Source: Geobacter metallireducens GS-15 (GTDB taxonomy: Bacteria; Desulfobacterota; Desulfuromonadia; Geobacterales; Geobacteraceae). From it: 32,000 nt of DNA. The stretch lies in NCBI RefSeq assembly GCF_000012925.1, contig NC_007517.1, positions 2,610,001 to 2,642,000 of the forward strand. Reading direction: 5' to 3'. The first letter of the stretch is position 1, and the number at the start of each line of letters is the position of its first letter. Under the pieces are notes generated by a model. It saw only the letters and a list, made by a program, of their open reading frames with translations. It was not told where the DNA came from and did not search any database. Below are positions 1 to 7,893 of the stretch, piece by piece. The position numbers and the translations under genes were made by a program.

Positions 1-790
1 TGACGCCACCGACGAAGATACCGCTGTGGCAGCTGCCACACCCCAGCAGAGCTGTATGGATCTTATGGCTGAAGAATGCATCGCTTTTCGCGAAGGTCAC
101 ATCCCTGACAGCCGTATGACACCGGCCGCAGTCCCCCTTGACCGAGAAGGCGGTACTGCCGTTGTGACAACCGCCGCACGACTGCTGGGTCTCCATCTCC
201 AGCATGGTGTAGCGCTTGCTTTTGGGGCCGGCCACAAAGAGCTTGCTGTGGCAGTCGCCACAGACATGGCCGAATCCCAAGTGGGCAGCGTGGCTGAAGG
301 TGGCGTCGGCAGCAAAAGGGATATCCCGCACCGTGTGGCACTTGGTGCAGTCCCCCTTGACCGAGAAGGCGGTTTTGCCGTCGTGGCAGGCACCGCACGA
401 ACGTCCCCCTTCCATCTCCTTCATGGTAATGTGGGGGTTATCGGTACGGGCGCCGAAGATGGCGTTGTGGCAGTCGGCGCAACCGTAGGCGCCGAGCCCC
501 AGGTGGAATTTGTGACTAAAAATGACGGCGCCGAAATTGGGGATATCGACCGGCACCTCCTTTGTCACGTGGCAGCGGGTGCACTCGCCGAGGGCGAAGG
601 CTCGCTTCGCATTGTGGCAGGCGCCGCAGGACTTGCCCGCCTCCATCTCCTTCATGGTCACCGGCGCCGACTTGGTGCCGATCGTGAAGATCTTGTTGTG
701 GCAGAGGGTGCAGTTGTTGCCGAGGGCCTTCAGGTGGACGGGATGGCTGAAGTTAATGGCACCGGCGGTGTCGGTCTTGAAGGTAACAAC
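1..790 (-). repeat. Tandem in-frame coding repeats (c7 domain units, period 219-231 nt)
   Basis: The 24-nt string gtcccccttgaccgagaaggcggt occurs at 131 and 350, an offset of 219 nt (73 codons). The string gtggcagg occurs at 383 and 614, an offset of 231 nt (77 codons). The protein-level repeat FSVKGDC..CH is identical in units 2 and 3. Confidence 0.8.
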
Positions 791-862
791 CTGGTAATCC
801 TTGGCAAAGAGGAGCACCGGCAGAAGGAGGAGCAGCATGGCGGGAATGAACAGGCGTTTCAC
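1..862 (-). CDS. Multihaem c-type cytochrome, polymer of cytochrome c7-type trihaem domains (3' end beyond left edge of window)
   Basis: Not in the supplied ORF track because it runs off the window edge. Reverse-complement translation starts at GTG 862, with GGAG 7 nt upstream and an in-frame ATG at 838. It gives a signal peptide, VKRLFIPAMLLLLLPVLLFA, followed by 10 CXXCH haem motifs: CTLCH, CGACH, CTRCH, CADCH, CGACH, CTKCH, CGDCH, CGGCH, CGRCH, CGSCH. The motifs fall in repeated 73-77 aa units of the form FSH..H..C..CH...TM.EME.G.SCG.CH.G..AF....C..CH. This is the PpcA/c7 domain pattern known from Geobacter poly-c7 cytochromes such as GSU1996. There is no stop codon before position 1. Confidence 0.9.
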   Translation of the reverse strand, partial: MKRLFIPAMLLLLLPVLLFAKDYQVVTFKTDTAGAINFSHPVHLKALGNNCTLCHNKIFTIGTKSAPVTMKEMEAGKSCGACHNAKRAFALGECTRCHVTKEVPVDIPNFGAVIFSHKFHLGLGAYGCADCHNAIFGARTDNPHITMKEMEGGRSCGACHDGKTAFSVKGDCTKCHTVRDIPFAADATFSHAAHLGFGHVCGDCHSKLFVAGPKSKRYTMLEMETQQSCGGCHNGSTAFSVKGDCGRCHTAVRDVTFAKSDAFFSHKIHTALLGCGSCHSGIFVGGV

Positions 863-880
863 GGGAACTCCGAACAATTT

Positions 881-1264
881 TTAGCCGATTCGTAGCAATT
901 CCCTTGCCACGGCAAGGATTTTGCCGGCCTGAATCGGTTTCGTGAGATAGTCGTTGGCCCCGAGGGCAAGGCCGCGCTGGCGGTCCTCGGCAGCCCCCTC
1001 GGTGGTAATGATCACGACAGGGATGTGCCTCAGGGACGGATCGTTGCGGACAAGGCTCACGAGCTTCAGGCCATCCATGATCGGCATATTGATATCGGTA
1101 AATATCAAGTCAAAACTATCCCCTCCCAGCTTTTTCAGGGCATCAACGCCGTCGGTCGCCTCCACCAGCGCAACGCCAGGGAGCCGCCGCAGCGTGAAGG
1201 AGATAAGCTGCCGCATGGTGGGCGAGTCTTCTACGACAAGTATCCTCTTATCGGACATAGTCAT
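881..1264 (-). CDS. cheY: CheY-like single-domain response regulator (last che gene of the operon)
   Basis: Receiver motifs are present: ILVVEDS, FTDINMPIMDG, VVIITTEG, LTKP. The track ORF starts at TTG 1279. I prefer ATG 1264 or 1258, which sit downstream of a GGAG. The stop is TAA at 881-883. Confidence 0.9.
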   Translation of the reverse strand: MTMSDKRILVVEDSPTMRQLISFTLRRLPGVALVEATDGVDALKKLGGDSFDLIFTDINMPIMDGLKLVSLVRNDPSLRHIPVVIITTEGAAEDRQRGLALGANDYLTKPIQAGKILAVARELLRIG

Positions 1265-1283
1265 GGATCTCCGGTGCAATAGG

Positions 1284-2117
1284 CTACTTCGTCAGGAGAT
1301 TGATGAATCCCTGCATGGTGGAGCGCTTGCGCTCCGAATCCGAGTAAAGCCTGGAACTGAATATGGCGGTTGCCGCATGGCCGGCAAGGAGTGTGAACAG
1401 TTCATAGTCCACCGGCACAAAGGCTTTTTTCTGGATCAGGAGCTTGTAAATGACGATGACTCCGATCACTTGATCCTTGATCTTGAGGGGTATGCAGACC
1501 ATGGGATTCGAGAGGTCTCGCACGTATCCCGCCGGATCCTCGAGGAAGTGGCTCTCGCCGGTAGCGGCGATGGCCCCGATGGTCCCCTCGCCGGGCCGCA
1601 CCTTCGGCACATCATCAAGGGAAATGCCCTCGGCGGCAACGGCGCCCAGCAGGCCGGCCTTCTCGTCGATGAGCATGACGGCGAATTCCTCGGCCCCGAT
1701 CAGGTTGATGATGATCTCGGTGATGACCTTGAGAACGTCATCAAAATCGAGAATGGAGTGGAGTTGGTAGCTGGCTATGTAGAGGTTTGCCAGATTGTTG
1801 TTTTCCTCTTCGATTTCCACATAGCGGGTGGCGAAATCATTGTTCTCAGCCTCAATCTGCCTGATGCGGCCGAGAATCTCGTCCTTCTCCCGCTCCAACT
1901 CCTCGATGCGGGCGGCGAGAAGCCGGTTTTCCTCGACAAGGGAAGCCGGAGCCCCTCCCTTGCGCTGGTGTTCCTCCAGCTGAAAAATCCGATATCGAAG
2001 CCGCTCGTTCTCCTTGAGGAGATCCTGGGTAAATTCCGCGCCCTTCTTGAAGAGCTGGAGGAATTCGTCGGCCCGCACATGCATCCCTTTTTCATCACTC
2101 TTGTCATCCATCGACAT
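1284..2117 (-). CDS. Coiled-coil plus GAF domain protein
   Basis: The N-terminal ~110 aa are heptad-rich (LKENERLRYRIFQLEE, IEELEREKDEILGRIRQIEAENN, IEEENNNLANLY). The C-terminal ~160 aa look GAF-like (ITEIIINLIGAEEFAVMLIDE...GEGTIGAIAATGES...VCIPLKIKDQVIGVIVIYKL). I place the start at ATG 2117 (GGGAG 6 nt upstream), because the track start at 2231 overlaps cheB. Confidence 0.8.
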   Translation of the reverse strand: MSMDDKSDEKGMHVRADEFLQLFKKGAEFTQDLLKENERLRYRIFQLEEHQRKGGAPASLVEENRLLAARIEELEREKDEILGRIRQIEAENNDFATRYVEIEEENNNLANLYIASYQLHSILDFDDVLKVITEIIINLIGAEEFAVMLIDEKAGLLGAVAAEGISLDDVPKVRPGEGTIGAIAATGESHFLEDPAGYVRDLSNPMVCIPLKIKDQVIGVIVIYKLLIQKKAFVPVDYELFTLLAGHAATAIFSSRLYSDSERKRSTMQGFINLLTK

Positions 2118-2181
2118 GACTTGCTCCCAGCACCACACTTGTTTATACGGCGCGGCGGTTACGCAGCGGACCCTCGGCCTG

Positions 2182-3264
2182 CTAATCAAGGTCGGTGGCC
2201 ACTCCGCAACGCATACGGATTTCCCGCGCAATCAGATCGAGGGGTACCACCTTATCAACCACACCCGTGGCGATGGCCTCCCTCGGCATTCCAAACACCA
2301 CTGCCGAACTCTCGGCTTCGGCAAGGGCTTGTCCTCCCGCGCCTTTGATGGCCCGCACCCCCCGGCTCCCATCGTTCCCCATGCCCGTAAGCACTACGCC
2401 AAGGGTCCGCGGTCCAAAGACTTCCGCACAGGAGGCAAGCATGGCGTCGACCGATGGGATGTAGCGATCCTCGGGAGATGGTTTGCGCACCCTCACCACC
2501 ACTGAGCCGGAACTCTTCTCGAACACCATGTTGTGGCCGCCGGGAGCAATCAGCACCCGCCCCGGCCACACCGTATCGCCGTCGGCCGCTTCCTTGACCT
2601 CGAAAACGGAGAGGCGGTTGAGGCGCTCCGCGAAGGTTCGCGTGAAACCGGCGGGCATGTGTTGAGAAATAACGATCGCCAGGGGAAGGGCCTCGCGGAA
2701 CGAAGAGAGAATCCGCTGGATGGCGGGGGGGCCGCCGGTGGAAGAACCGATGGCCACCACATCGAGACGGCACGGCACCACACGTCGCGGCTCCGCTTCC
2801 GCCTTTTTCGGGGCGACAGGAGGGGGAGCCAAAACCTCCACTTTCTCACGGCGGATGATCTCCTTCATGTTCAGGGAAAAGACGCCCCGCACCTTCTGCT
2901 GGATATCGTCGGTTATGGTAAGGAGTTCCTCGGAAATCCCCTGGCTCGGCTTGGCGACGAAATCGACCGCTCCCAGTTCAAGAGCCTTGAAGACCTTCTC
3001 GTCATCACTCTTGGCGCTGATCACAATGACCGGTGTCGGACAGTACCCCATGATGATCCGCAGGAGAGTGAAGCCGTCCATCTTGGGCATCTCGAGGTCA
3101 AGGGTCACGAGGTCGGGCTTCAGATCAATGACTTTTCTGATCCCCTCCTCGCCGTCGTTGGCGTATCCCGCCACCACCACCTCGGGCATGCTTTCAAGCA
3201 TTTTGATAATGGCCCGCCGGTTGAAGGCGGAATCGTCGATGACGACAACCCTGATTTTTCTCAT
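2182..3264 (-). CDS. cheB: Protein-glutamate methylesterase/glutaminase CheB (receiver + methylesterase)
   Basis: N-terminal receiver motifs [18 protein letters not shown]. Catalytic Ser/His/Asp contexts are present: [25 protein letters not shown]. The ATG at 3264 overlaps the cheR stop as ATGA. Confidence 0.95.
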
Positions 3265-4136
3265 AATCCACCCCCTGCCCCGCCCGGGAAGGGCTTCTGG
3301 TAGACCATGTCGTTCTTGAAGTGTTTAAGGGTGAAGGCCGTGGAGATATTCATGAGCGATTCGGAGTGACCCAGGAGGAGATATCCCCCTTCGTGCAGGG
3401 TCCGGTAAAAGGAGTCAATCACCTTCCGCCGTGCCAGCTGGTCGAAGTAGATGATGACGTTGCGGCAGTATATCACGTCCATGCAGCCCAGCAGCGCGAT
3501 GCGGTTCGCGTCGAGGAGGTTCAGGTGGCTTATGGTGACCAGTTCCCTCACCTTGTCGTTCACCCGGTACATTCCGTCCTGTTCGGTGAAGTAGCGACGG
3601 ATGTAGCTGTCGTCGGTCACCCGGAAGGAAGACTTGCCGTAGAGACCCTTGCGGGCCTGCTGAATCACCCGCTGACAGATGTCGGTGCCGATAATTTCCA
3701 CCTGCCAGCCGGCGAAACCGCCCATTTCCAGAAGGAGCATGGCGATTGTGTAAGGCTCTTCACCGCTGGAGCAGCCGGCGCTCCAGATGCGGAGCGTCCG
3801 GTCGCCGCTCTTCATTTTCATCGCGCGCAGAGCGGGAATGATCTCGTCGGTAAACGCCTTGAGCTGGAACGCCTCGCGGAAGAAGTAGGTCTCGTTGGTG
3901 GTGAGGAGATCCATGATATCCGAGAGTTCCTGGTCCCTGTTCCGGTTATACTTGAGGAAGTGGTAGTAGTCCCTGAACCCTGCGAAATGGTGAAACTGCA
4001 GACGCTTGGAGAGGCGCTTTTCCAGCAGGTAGGTTGCATCGCTATCAAAGTAGAGGCCACAATGATTGTAGATGAGATCCCGAATCAGGCGGAACTCCTC
4101 ATCGGATAGCGGTATTTCCGGTTCCAGGGTGAACAT
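3261..4136 (-). CDS. cheR: Chemotaxis protein methyltransferase CheR
   Basis: CheR N-terminal helical region ([25 protein letters not shown]) and SAM-binding region ([33 protein letters not shown]). ATG 4136 overlaps the upstream stop as TAATG and has GGAAGGTGG upstream. GTG 4145 is an alternative start. Confidence 0.93.
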
Positions 4137-6136
4137 TACCGCCACCTTCCGAGAAGGTCCCGGAGCTCACCCCGTACGAGTTCGTCCTGCTCGGCTTCCA
4201 GAGCCTTGCGCAGGTGCTCGGCCGCTCCCTCGCCGAGAAGATGCGCCATGGCACGGGCAGTGGCACACCGCACGTCCCAGTGGGGGTGTCGGAGAAGGCT
4301 GTCCCGGTACTCGTCAATCCAGGAGGAACCGCTGCGGGAGAGGATGTCGATGGCAGATTTCACCACCTCCTCGTCACTGCTCTCAAGGCCCCTTCTCACG
4401 AGCAGAAGTGCCCGGTCGTCCCCAAGACCGGCCAAGGCTTCGAGCGCAGTGATAAGCACGACCCCATCCGCCTTGCCCAACAGATCCTCGATGGCATCAA
4501 GCGCCCGCTCGCCGCCCATCTTGCCGAGGCTCCTGAGGGCAGCGCAGCGGACCCACGGATCTTCATCGTTGAGCGAAAGGATCAGAGAGTCCACGCTCCC
4601 CTCACCCTGCATCTCACCGAGTCCCGTAGCGGCGGCGATCCGCACATCAGGGTCCTCGTCCACCAGCGCCATGACCAGGTTCCCGAGGCATTCGGGAAGG
4701 CGCAGGCCCGCAAGAGCGGTCACAGCACTACGCCTCACAAGGGGGCTCTCATCCTTCACCAGAAGGGCAAGGCGCTCCGGATCGGCCAGAGCCGCGAATA
4801 TCCGCGCGGCATCCTGTCGGTTATCGGGGTTGGGCGACGTGGAAAGAGTCCTGGCGATGGCAGCCACCTTCTCCCGGCCGGTGGGGGCAAGACGCACAAG
4901 AGCATCCACGGCCCCCTTGCGCACGTCTTGCTCGCTGTCGTCAAGCAGCACTCGAATCTGATCCAGCAACCCGGTAAGGCCGATCTTACCTGCAGCCACC
5001 ACAGCGGCATTGCGGACCGAGTACCGGTTACTCGCCATGGCCTCGCCAAGATACGGCGCCGCACCACCAAAGCCCATTTCTCCCCACAGATAAATGATGA
5101 AGGTTTTTTCCTCATCATCGGCTTTGGAGAAAGCTGCAAGCAATGCGGCCATCCCACCCTCTCCCATAATCCGGAAACCCTGGAGACACGTGCGCCGAAG
5201 CCGCTCGTCGCGGCATCCCTCCAGAAGGGGCAGGGCCGCACGCTCATCACCGATAAGCGCCAGAATCCCCACAAGTGACTCTCTCACCTGCCGATCGGTG
5301 GTATCAAGGGATGCGATGAGATCATCCACGCACGGTTTCCCCCTGAAACCCGTGAGATGGTCATCAACCTCCCGTGCGTACACCGCGGGGAGTCTCCCCC
5401 TGAGGCGCGCCAGGGCGCAGGCCGCCGCTTCACGGACTGCCCGGACACGGTCCTGGAGCCCCTCCAGGATTACAGGTACGGCATCACGGTCTCCCACTGC
5501 GCCAAGGCACTCTATGACGGGACGCTTCAGGAGAGGATCCGCTACAAGGGGAGCAAACACCGGGATGGGAACCGGTTCCCCAATCCGGGTAAGGGCGCCG
5601 AGAACCGAAAAGCGGAACCAGACATCACCCGTTGCCAGGGCCTCAACCAGAGGCGCAACCGCGCGAGGGTCGCCGATCTTGCCGAGATTCTCCGCCGCTG
5701 CGGCAGAAACGTTGGCATCGGGATCCTGCAGTGCTTCCACGAGGGATGGGATGGATGAACGGTCGCCGATGCTGCCGAGGATGTCGGCGACAAATTTCCG
5801 TACGTCATGATCAGGGTCTTTGAGGTGGTCAAGGAGAAGCGGCACACTCCGGGATTCCAGGCGCTCCAGGGCCTCCACCGCCGAGTTCCGGAGCCCGGCG
5901 TTGTCGGAGGATGCAAGCAGGCCGATGAGCCCGTTCAGGGTTGAGTCATCAAGGGGCACGGTGAGAAGCGTGTTGACCGCCTCCTTGCGTACCCGCCAGC
6001 TCCCGTCCCCCATGGCTGAAAAAAAGAGTTCACGACTCCTGGCGAGAGGATGGCGACCCAGGCCGATGACGGCCTGTCGACGCTCCTCGTCGTCGGCACC
6101 AGTAAGTTGAGTACGTATGTGTTCAAGATCGCCCAC
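4136..6136 (-). CDS. Large HEAT-repeat (PBS-lyase HEAT-like) protein, about 666 aa
   Basis: About 18-19 iterations by eye of a ~31 aa unit of the type D.D..VR..A..AL..(I/L)G. Examples are DHDVRKFVADILGSIG, DPDVRIAAATGLGEMQG, DPWVRCAALRSLGKMGG, HWDVRCATARAMAHLLG. I saw no enzymatic motif. I prefer GTG 6136, which has AGGAG 7 nt upstream. The track start GTG 6175 lies in the loop of a hairpin. Confidence 0.85.
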   Translation of the reverse strand: MGDLEHIRTQLTGADDEERRQAVIGLGRHPLARSRELFFSAMGDGSWRVRKEAVNTLLTVPLDDSTLNGLIGLLASSDNAGLRNSAVEALERLESRSVPLLLDHLKDPDHDVRKFVADILGSIGDRSSIPSLVEALQDPDANVSAAAAENLGKIGDPRAVAPLVEALATGDVWFRFSVLGALTRIGEPVPIPVFAPLVADPLLKRPVIECLGAVGDRDAVPVILEGLQDRVRAVREAAACALARLRGRLPAVYAREVDDHLTGFRGKPCVDDLIASLDTTDRQVRESLVGILALIGDERAALPLLEGCRDERLRRTCLQGFRIMGEGGMAALLAAFSKADDEEKTFIIYLWGEMGFGGAAPYLGEAMASNRYSVRNAAVVAAGKIGLTGLLDQIRVLLDDSEQDVRKGAVDALVRLAPTGREKVAAIARTLSTSPNPDNRQDAARIFAALADPERLALLVKDESPLVRRSAVTALAGLRLPECLGNLVMALVDEDPDVRIAAATGLGEMQGEGSVDSLILSLNDEDPWVRCAALRSLGKMGGERALDAIEDLLGKADGVVLITALEALAGLGDDRALLLVRRGLESSDEEVVKSAIDILSRSGSSWIDEYRDSLLRHPHWDVRCATARAMAHLLGEGAAEHLRKALEAEQDELVRGELRDLLGRWR

Positions 6137-6166
6137 TGACGGTCTCCTTGTCGAACTGTCAGGATT

Positions 6167-6183
6167 CCCGCACACACTGCGGG
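6167..6183 (-). other. Intercistronic hairpin between cheW and the HEAT-repeat gene
   Basis: On the minus strand: CCCGCA-GTGTG-TGCGGG, a 6-bp stem with a 5-nt loop. No U-tract follows, so it is not a typical terminator. It may be a processing or stability element. Confidence 0.3.
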
Positions 6184-6201
6184 TATCCTCTTTTTCCGGA
6201 A

Positions 6202-6699
6202 TTATCGGGCGGGAGTTGCGCCCGATGCCCGTGAGAAGCCGGCGAGAGCCGATGTTTCACGGCTGTTCAGAATAGTGTCAAGATTGAGAAGCATGATGAG
6301 GCTGTCGCGGACAAGACAGACGCCGATCAGGTACTCGGTGCTGATCCCCTCGGCCACATGGGGAGGGGGCTTGATGTCATGGGCTTGGACCGTAACGACC
6401 TCGGTGACGTCGTCCACGACGAGCCCCACGAGTTGGCGGGACACGGTTACCACCAAAAGCCGTGATTCCTCCAGCGGAGCGCGTTCAGGAAGCTCGAACC
6501 GCTTGCGCAGATCCATAACCGGAATGACCGTGCCGCGAAGATTGATTACCCCTTCCACAAAGGACGGTGTCCTGGGTAGCTTCGTCAGGTGCTGAGGCTT
6601 GAGGATTTCCTTGATCCTCATGATGTCAGCGGCAAAATTCGCATCACCCAGACGGAAACAGGCAAGCTGAATTTCCTGGATGTCGGTTTCCATCATCAT
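6202..6699 (-). CDS. cheW: Chemotaxis coupling protein CheW
   Basis: A single CheW domain: LACFRLGDANFAADIMRIKEI, PSFVEGVINLRGTVIPVMDLRKRF, VGLVVDDVTEVV. AGGGGGG lies upstream of an ATGATGATG start. Confidence 0.93.
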   Translation of the reverse strand: MMMETDIQEIQLACFRLGDANFAADIMRIKEILKPQHLTKLPRTPSFVEGVINLRGTVIPVMDLRKRFELPERAPLEESRLLVVTVSRQLVGLVVDDVTEVVTVQAHDIKPPPHVAEGISTEYLIGVCLVRDSLIMLLNLDTILNSRETSALAGFSRASGATPAR

Positions 6700-6747
6700 C
6701 CCCCCTGGGGCAGCACATTTAAATGGTTTCTGTCTGGCTCCCTCCCG

Positions 6748-7119
6748 TTAAGGAGAGAGGAGATCCTGAATTATCTCAATGATCTTTGCCGACTTGAACG
6801 GTTTGGTGACGTAGGCCGACGCGCCCGCCGCCATCCCTCGCGCGCAGTCCTGCTCGCTCTTCTTGGCCGTAAGCATCACGACGGGAGTGTGTGCCGTTTC
6901 GGGATTCTGCTTGATGCGCCGGCAGACCTCAAAGCCATCTATCTCCGGAAGCATGATGTCGAGGATGACCAGATCGGGCCTGGTCAAGCCGACCTGTTCA
7001 AGGGCGGCCACCCCGTCGGTGGCACCCACCACTTCATACCCCCTGGACGTGAGGAGAATGCTTTCAAGCTTGAGAAGGCTTTCCTCATCCTCGACGATCA
7101 GAATTTTTTTCTTCGTCAT
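6748..7119 (-). CDS. Stand-alone response regulator receiver protein (non-CheY-like subtype)
   Basis: Receiver motifs KILIVEDE, LVILDIMLPEIDG, PVVMLTAK, YVTKPF. ATG 7119 has AAAGGG 7 nt upstream. The track start ATG 7140 has no SD and remains an alternative. Confidence 0.88.
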   Translation of the reverse strand: MTKKKILIVEDEESLLKLESILLTSRGYEVVGATDGVAALEQVGLTRPDLVILDIMLPEIDGFEVCRRIKQNPETAHTPVVMLTAKKSEQDCARGMAAGASAYVTKPFKSAKIIEIIQDLLSP

Positions 7120-7157
7120 GTCTGGACCCTTTCGCGCCATTAAAATGGGGCACGATT

Positions 7158-7874
7158 TCAGAGCAGCAACACGTCAAGAACCTTTTCCATTGCGAGCATA
7201 ATGACGATCTTTCCGTCATGGCGTCCGATACCGGAGACAAATTCACGATCTATGCCATCGAGAACCGCAGGGGGCTGTTCCACGGTGTCTGCAGCAATCC
7301 GAACCACCTGGGTCACCTCGTCCACAAGAATACCACAGAGACCATCACCTTTCTTCACCACGATGATGCGCTCTTTCCCTCCCCCTTCTTCCCGGCACAG
7401 GCCAAGGCGCTCCCGGAGGGCGAATACGGGGATAATGATGCCGCGCAACGAGAGCACACCGGCGATGAAGGGGGGTGCATGGGGAACCTCCGTTGTCTCC
7501 CGGGGCTTGATGATCTCCTTCAGTTCCATGATGTCGATGCCGTAAATCTCGTCGGCAACCCTGAAGCAAAGAATTTCGAGGGAAGACGAAGCTTGGACCG
7601 GGAGGTCGGCATCGTCTTCAACAGGGAGAACCTCATCAACAAGGGCAGACTTCCGCCCTTCGAGGATAACGGTCAAGGGGTCGCGAACAACCGGCGGAGC
7701 AAAGCTGGCCTGGATGATCTCATCCTGGGGAAAGGACTCGTCATAGTGGCCATCATCGGTCTCCTCCAGCGGAGGAGCGGAGGGGGTAACCGGTGATTGC
7801 GCAGCCTGGGGTTCCTCGCGTCGCCCTTCGCGTTCCCTTTGGGCCTTTTTCCTGATTTCGGCTATATCCATCAT
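7158..7874 (-). CDS. CheW-domain protein with ~95 aa acidic/Pro-rich N-terminal extension
   Basis: C-terminal CheW domain: ILCFRVADEIYGIDIMELKEI, PPFIAGVLSLRGIIIPVFALRERL, CGILVDEVTQVV. I place the start at ATGATG 7874, with AAGGA upstream. The track start at 8120 overlaps the upstream ATPase gene. Confidence 0.85.
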   Translation of the reverse strand: MMDIAEIRKKAQREREGRREEPQAAQSPVTPSAPPLEETDDGHYDESFPQDEIIQASFAPPVVRDPLTVILEGRKSALVDEVLPVEDDADLPVQASSSLEILCFRVADEIYGIDIMELKEIIKPRETTEVPHAPPFIAGVLSLRGIIIPVFALRERLGLCREEGGGKERIIVVKKGDGLCGILVDEVTQVVRIAADTVEQPPAVLDGIDREFVSGIGRHDGKIVIMLAMEKVLDVLLL

Positions 7875-7893
7875 GGCAGTCGATCCTTTGACC

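Noticed and set aside
25-40. Perfect 16-bp palindrome TGTGGCAGCTGCCACA that encodes CGSCH when read on either strand
   Set aside because: This is a curiosity of the haem-motif codons (TGY GGC AGC TGC CAC). There is no flanking structure or repeat to suggest a binding site, and only the minus-strand frame is part of a gene.
1-790. Periodic repeats at the left end considered as a possible CRISPR or satellite
   Set aside because: The period is 219-231 nt, the repeats are in frame, and they correspond exactly to protein c7 domains. There is no short direct repeat and spacer architecture.
26-895. 289 aa plus-strand ORF from the track covering the left end
   Set aside because: It is the antisense shadow of the minus-strand multihaem cytochrome. 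The minus frame gives a signal peptide and 10 CXXCH motifs in a c7 repeat pattern. The plus-frame product is Ala/Gly/Val-rich with no recognisable motif.
954-2348. 464 aa plus-strand ORF, plus similar plus-strand ORFs at 2533-3303, 3321-4109, 4214-5278, 11199-12104, 14719-15858 and 20702-21499
   Set aside because: All are antisense to minus-strand genes with strong family signatures (cheY, GAF, cheB, cheR, HEAT, PATAN-GAF, radical SAM, DUF218). None has motifs of its own.
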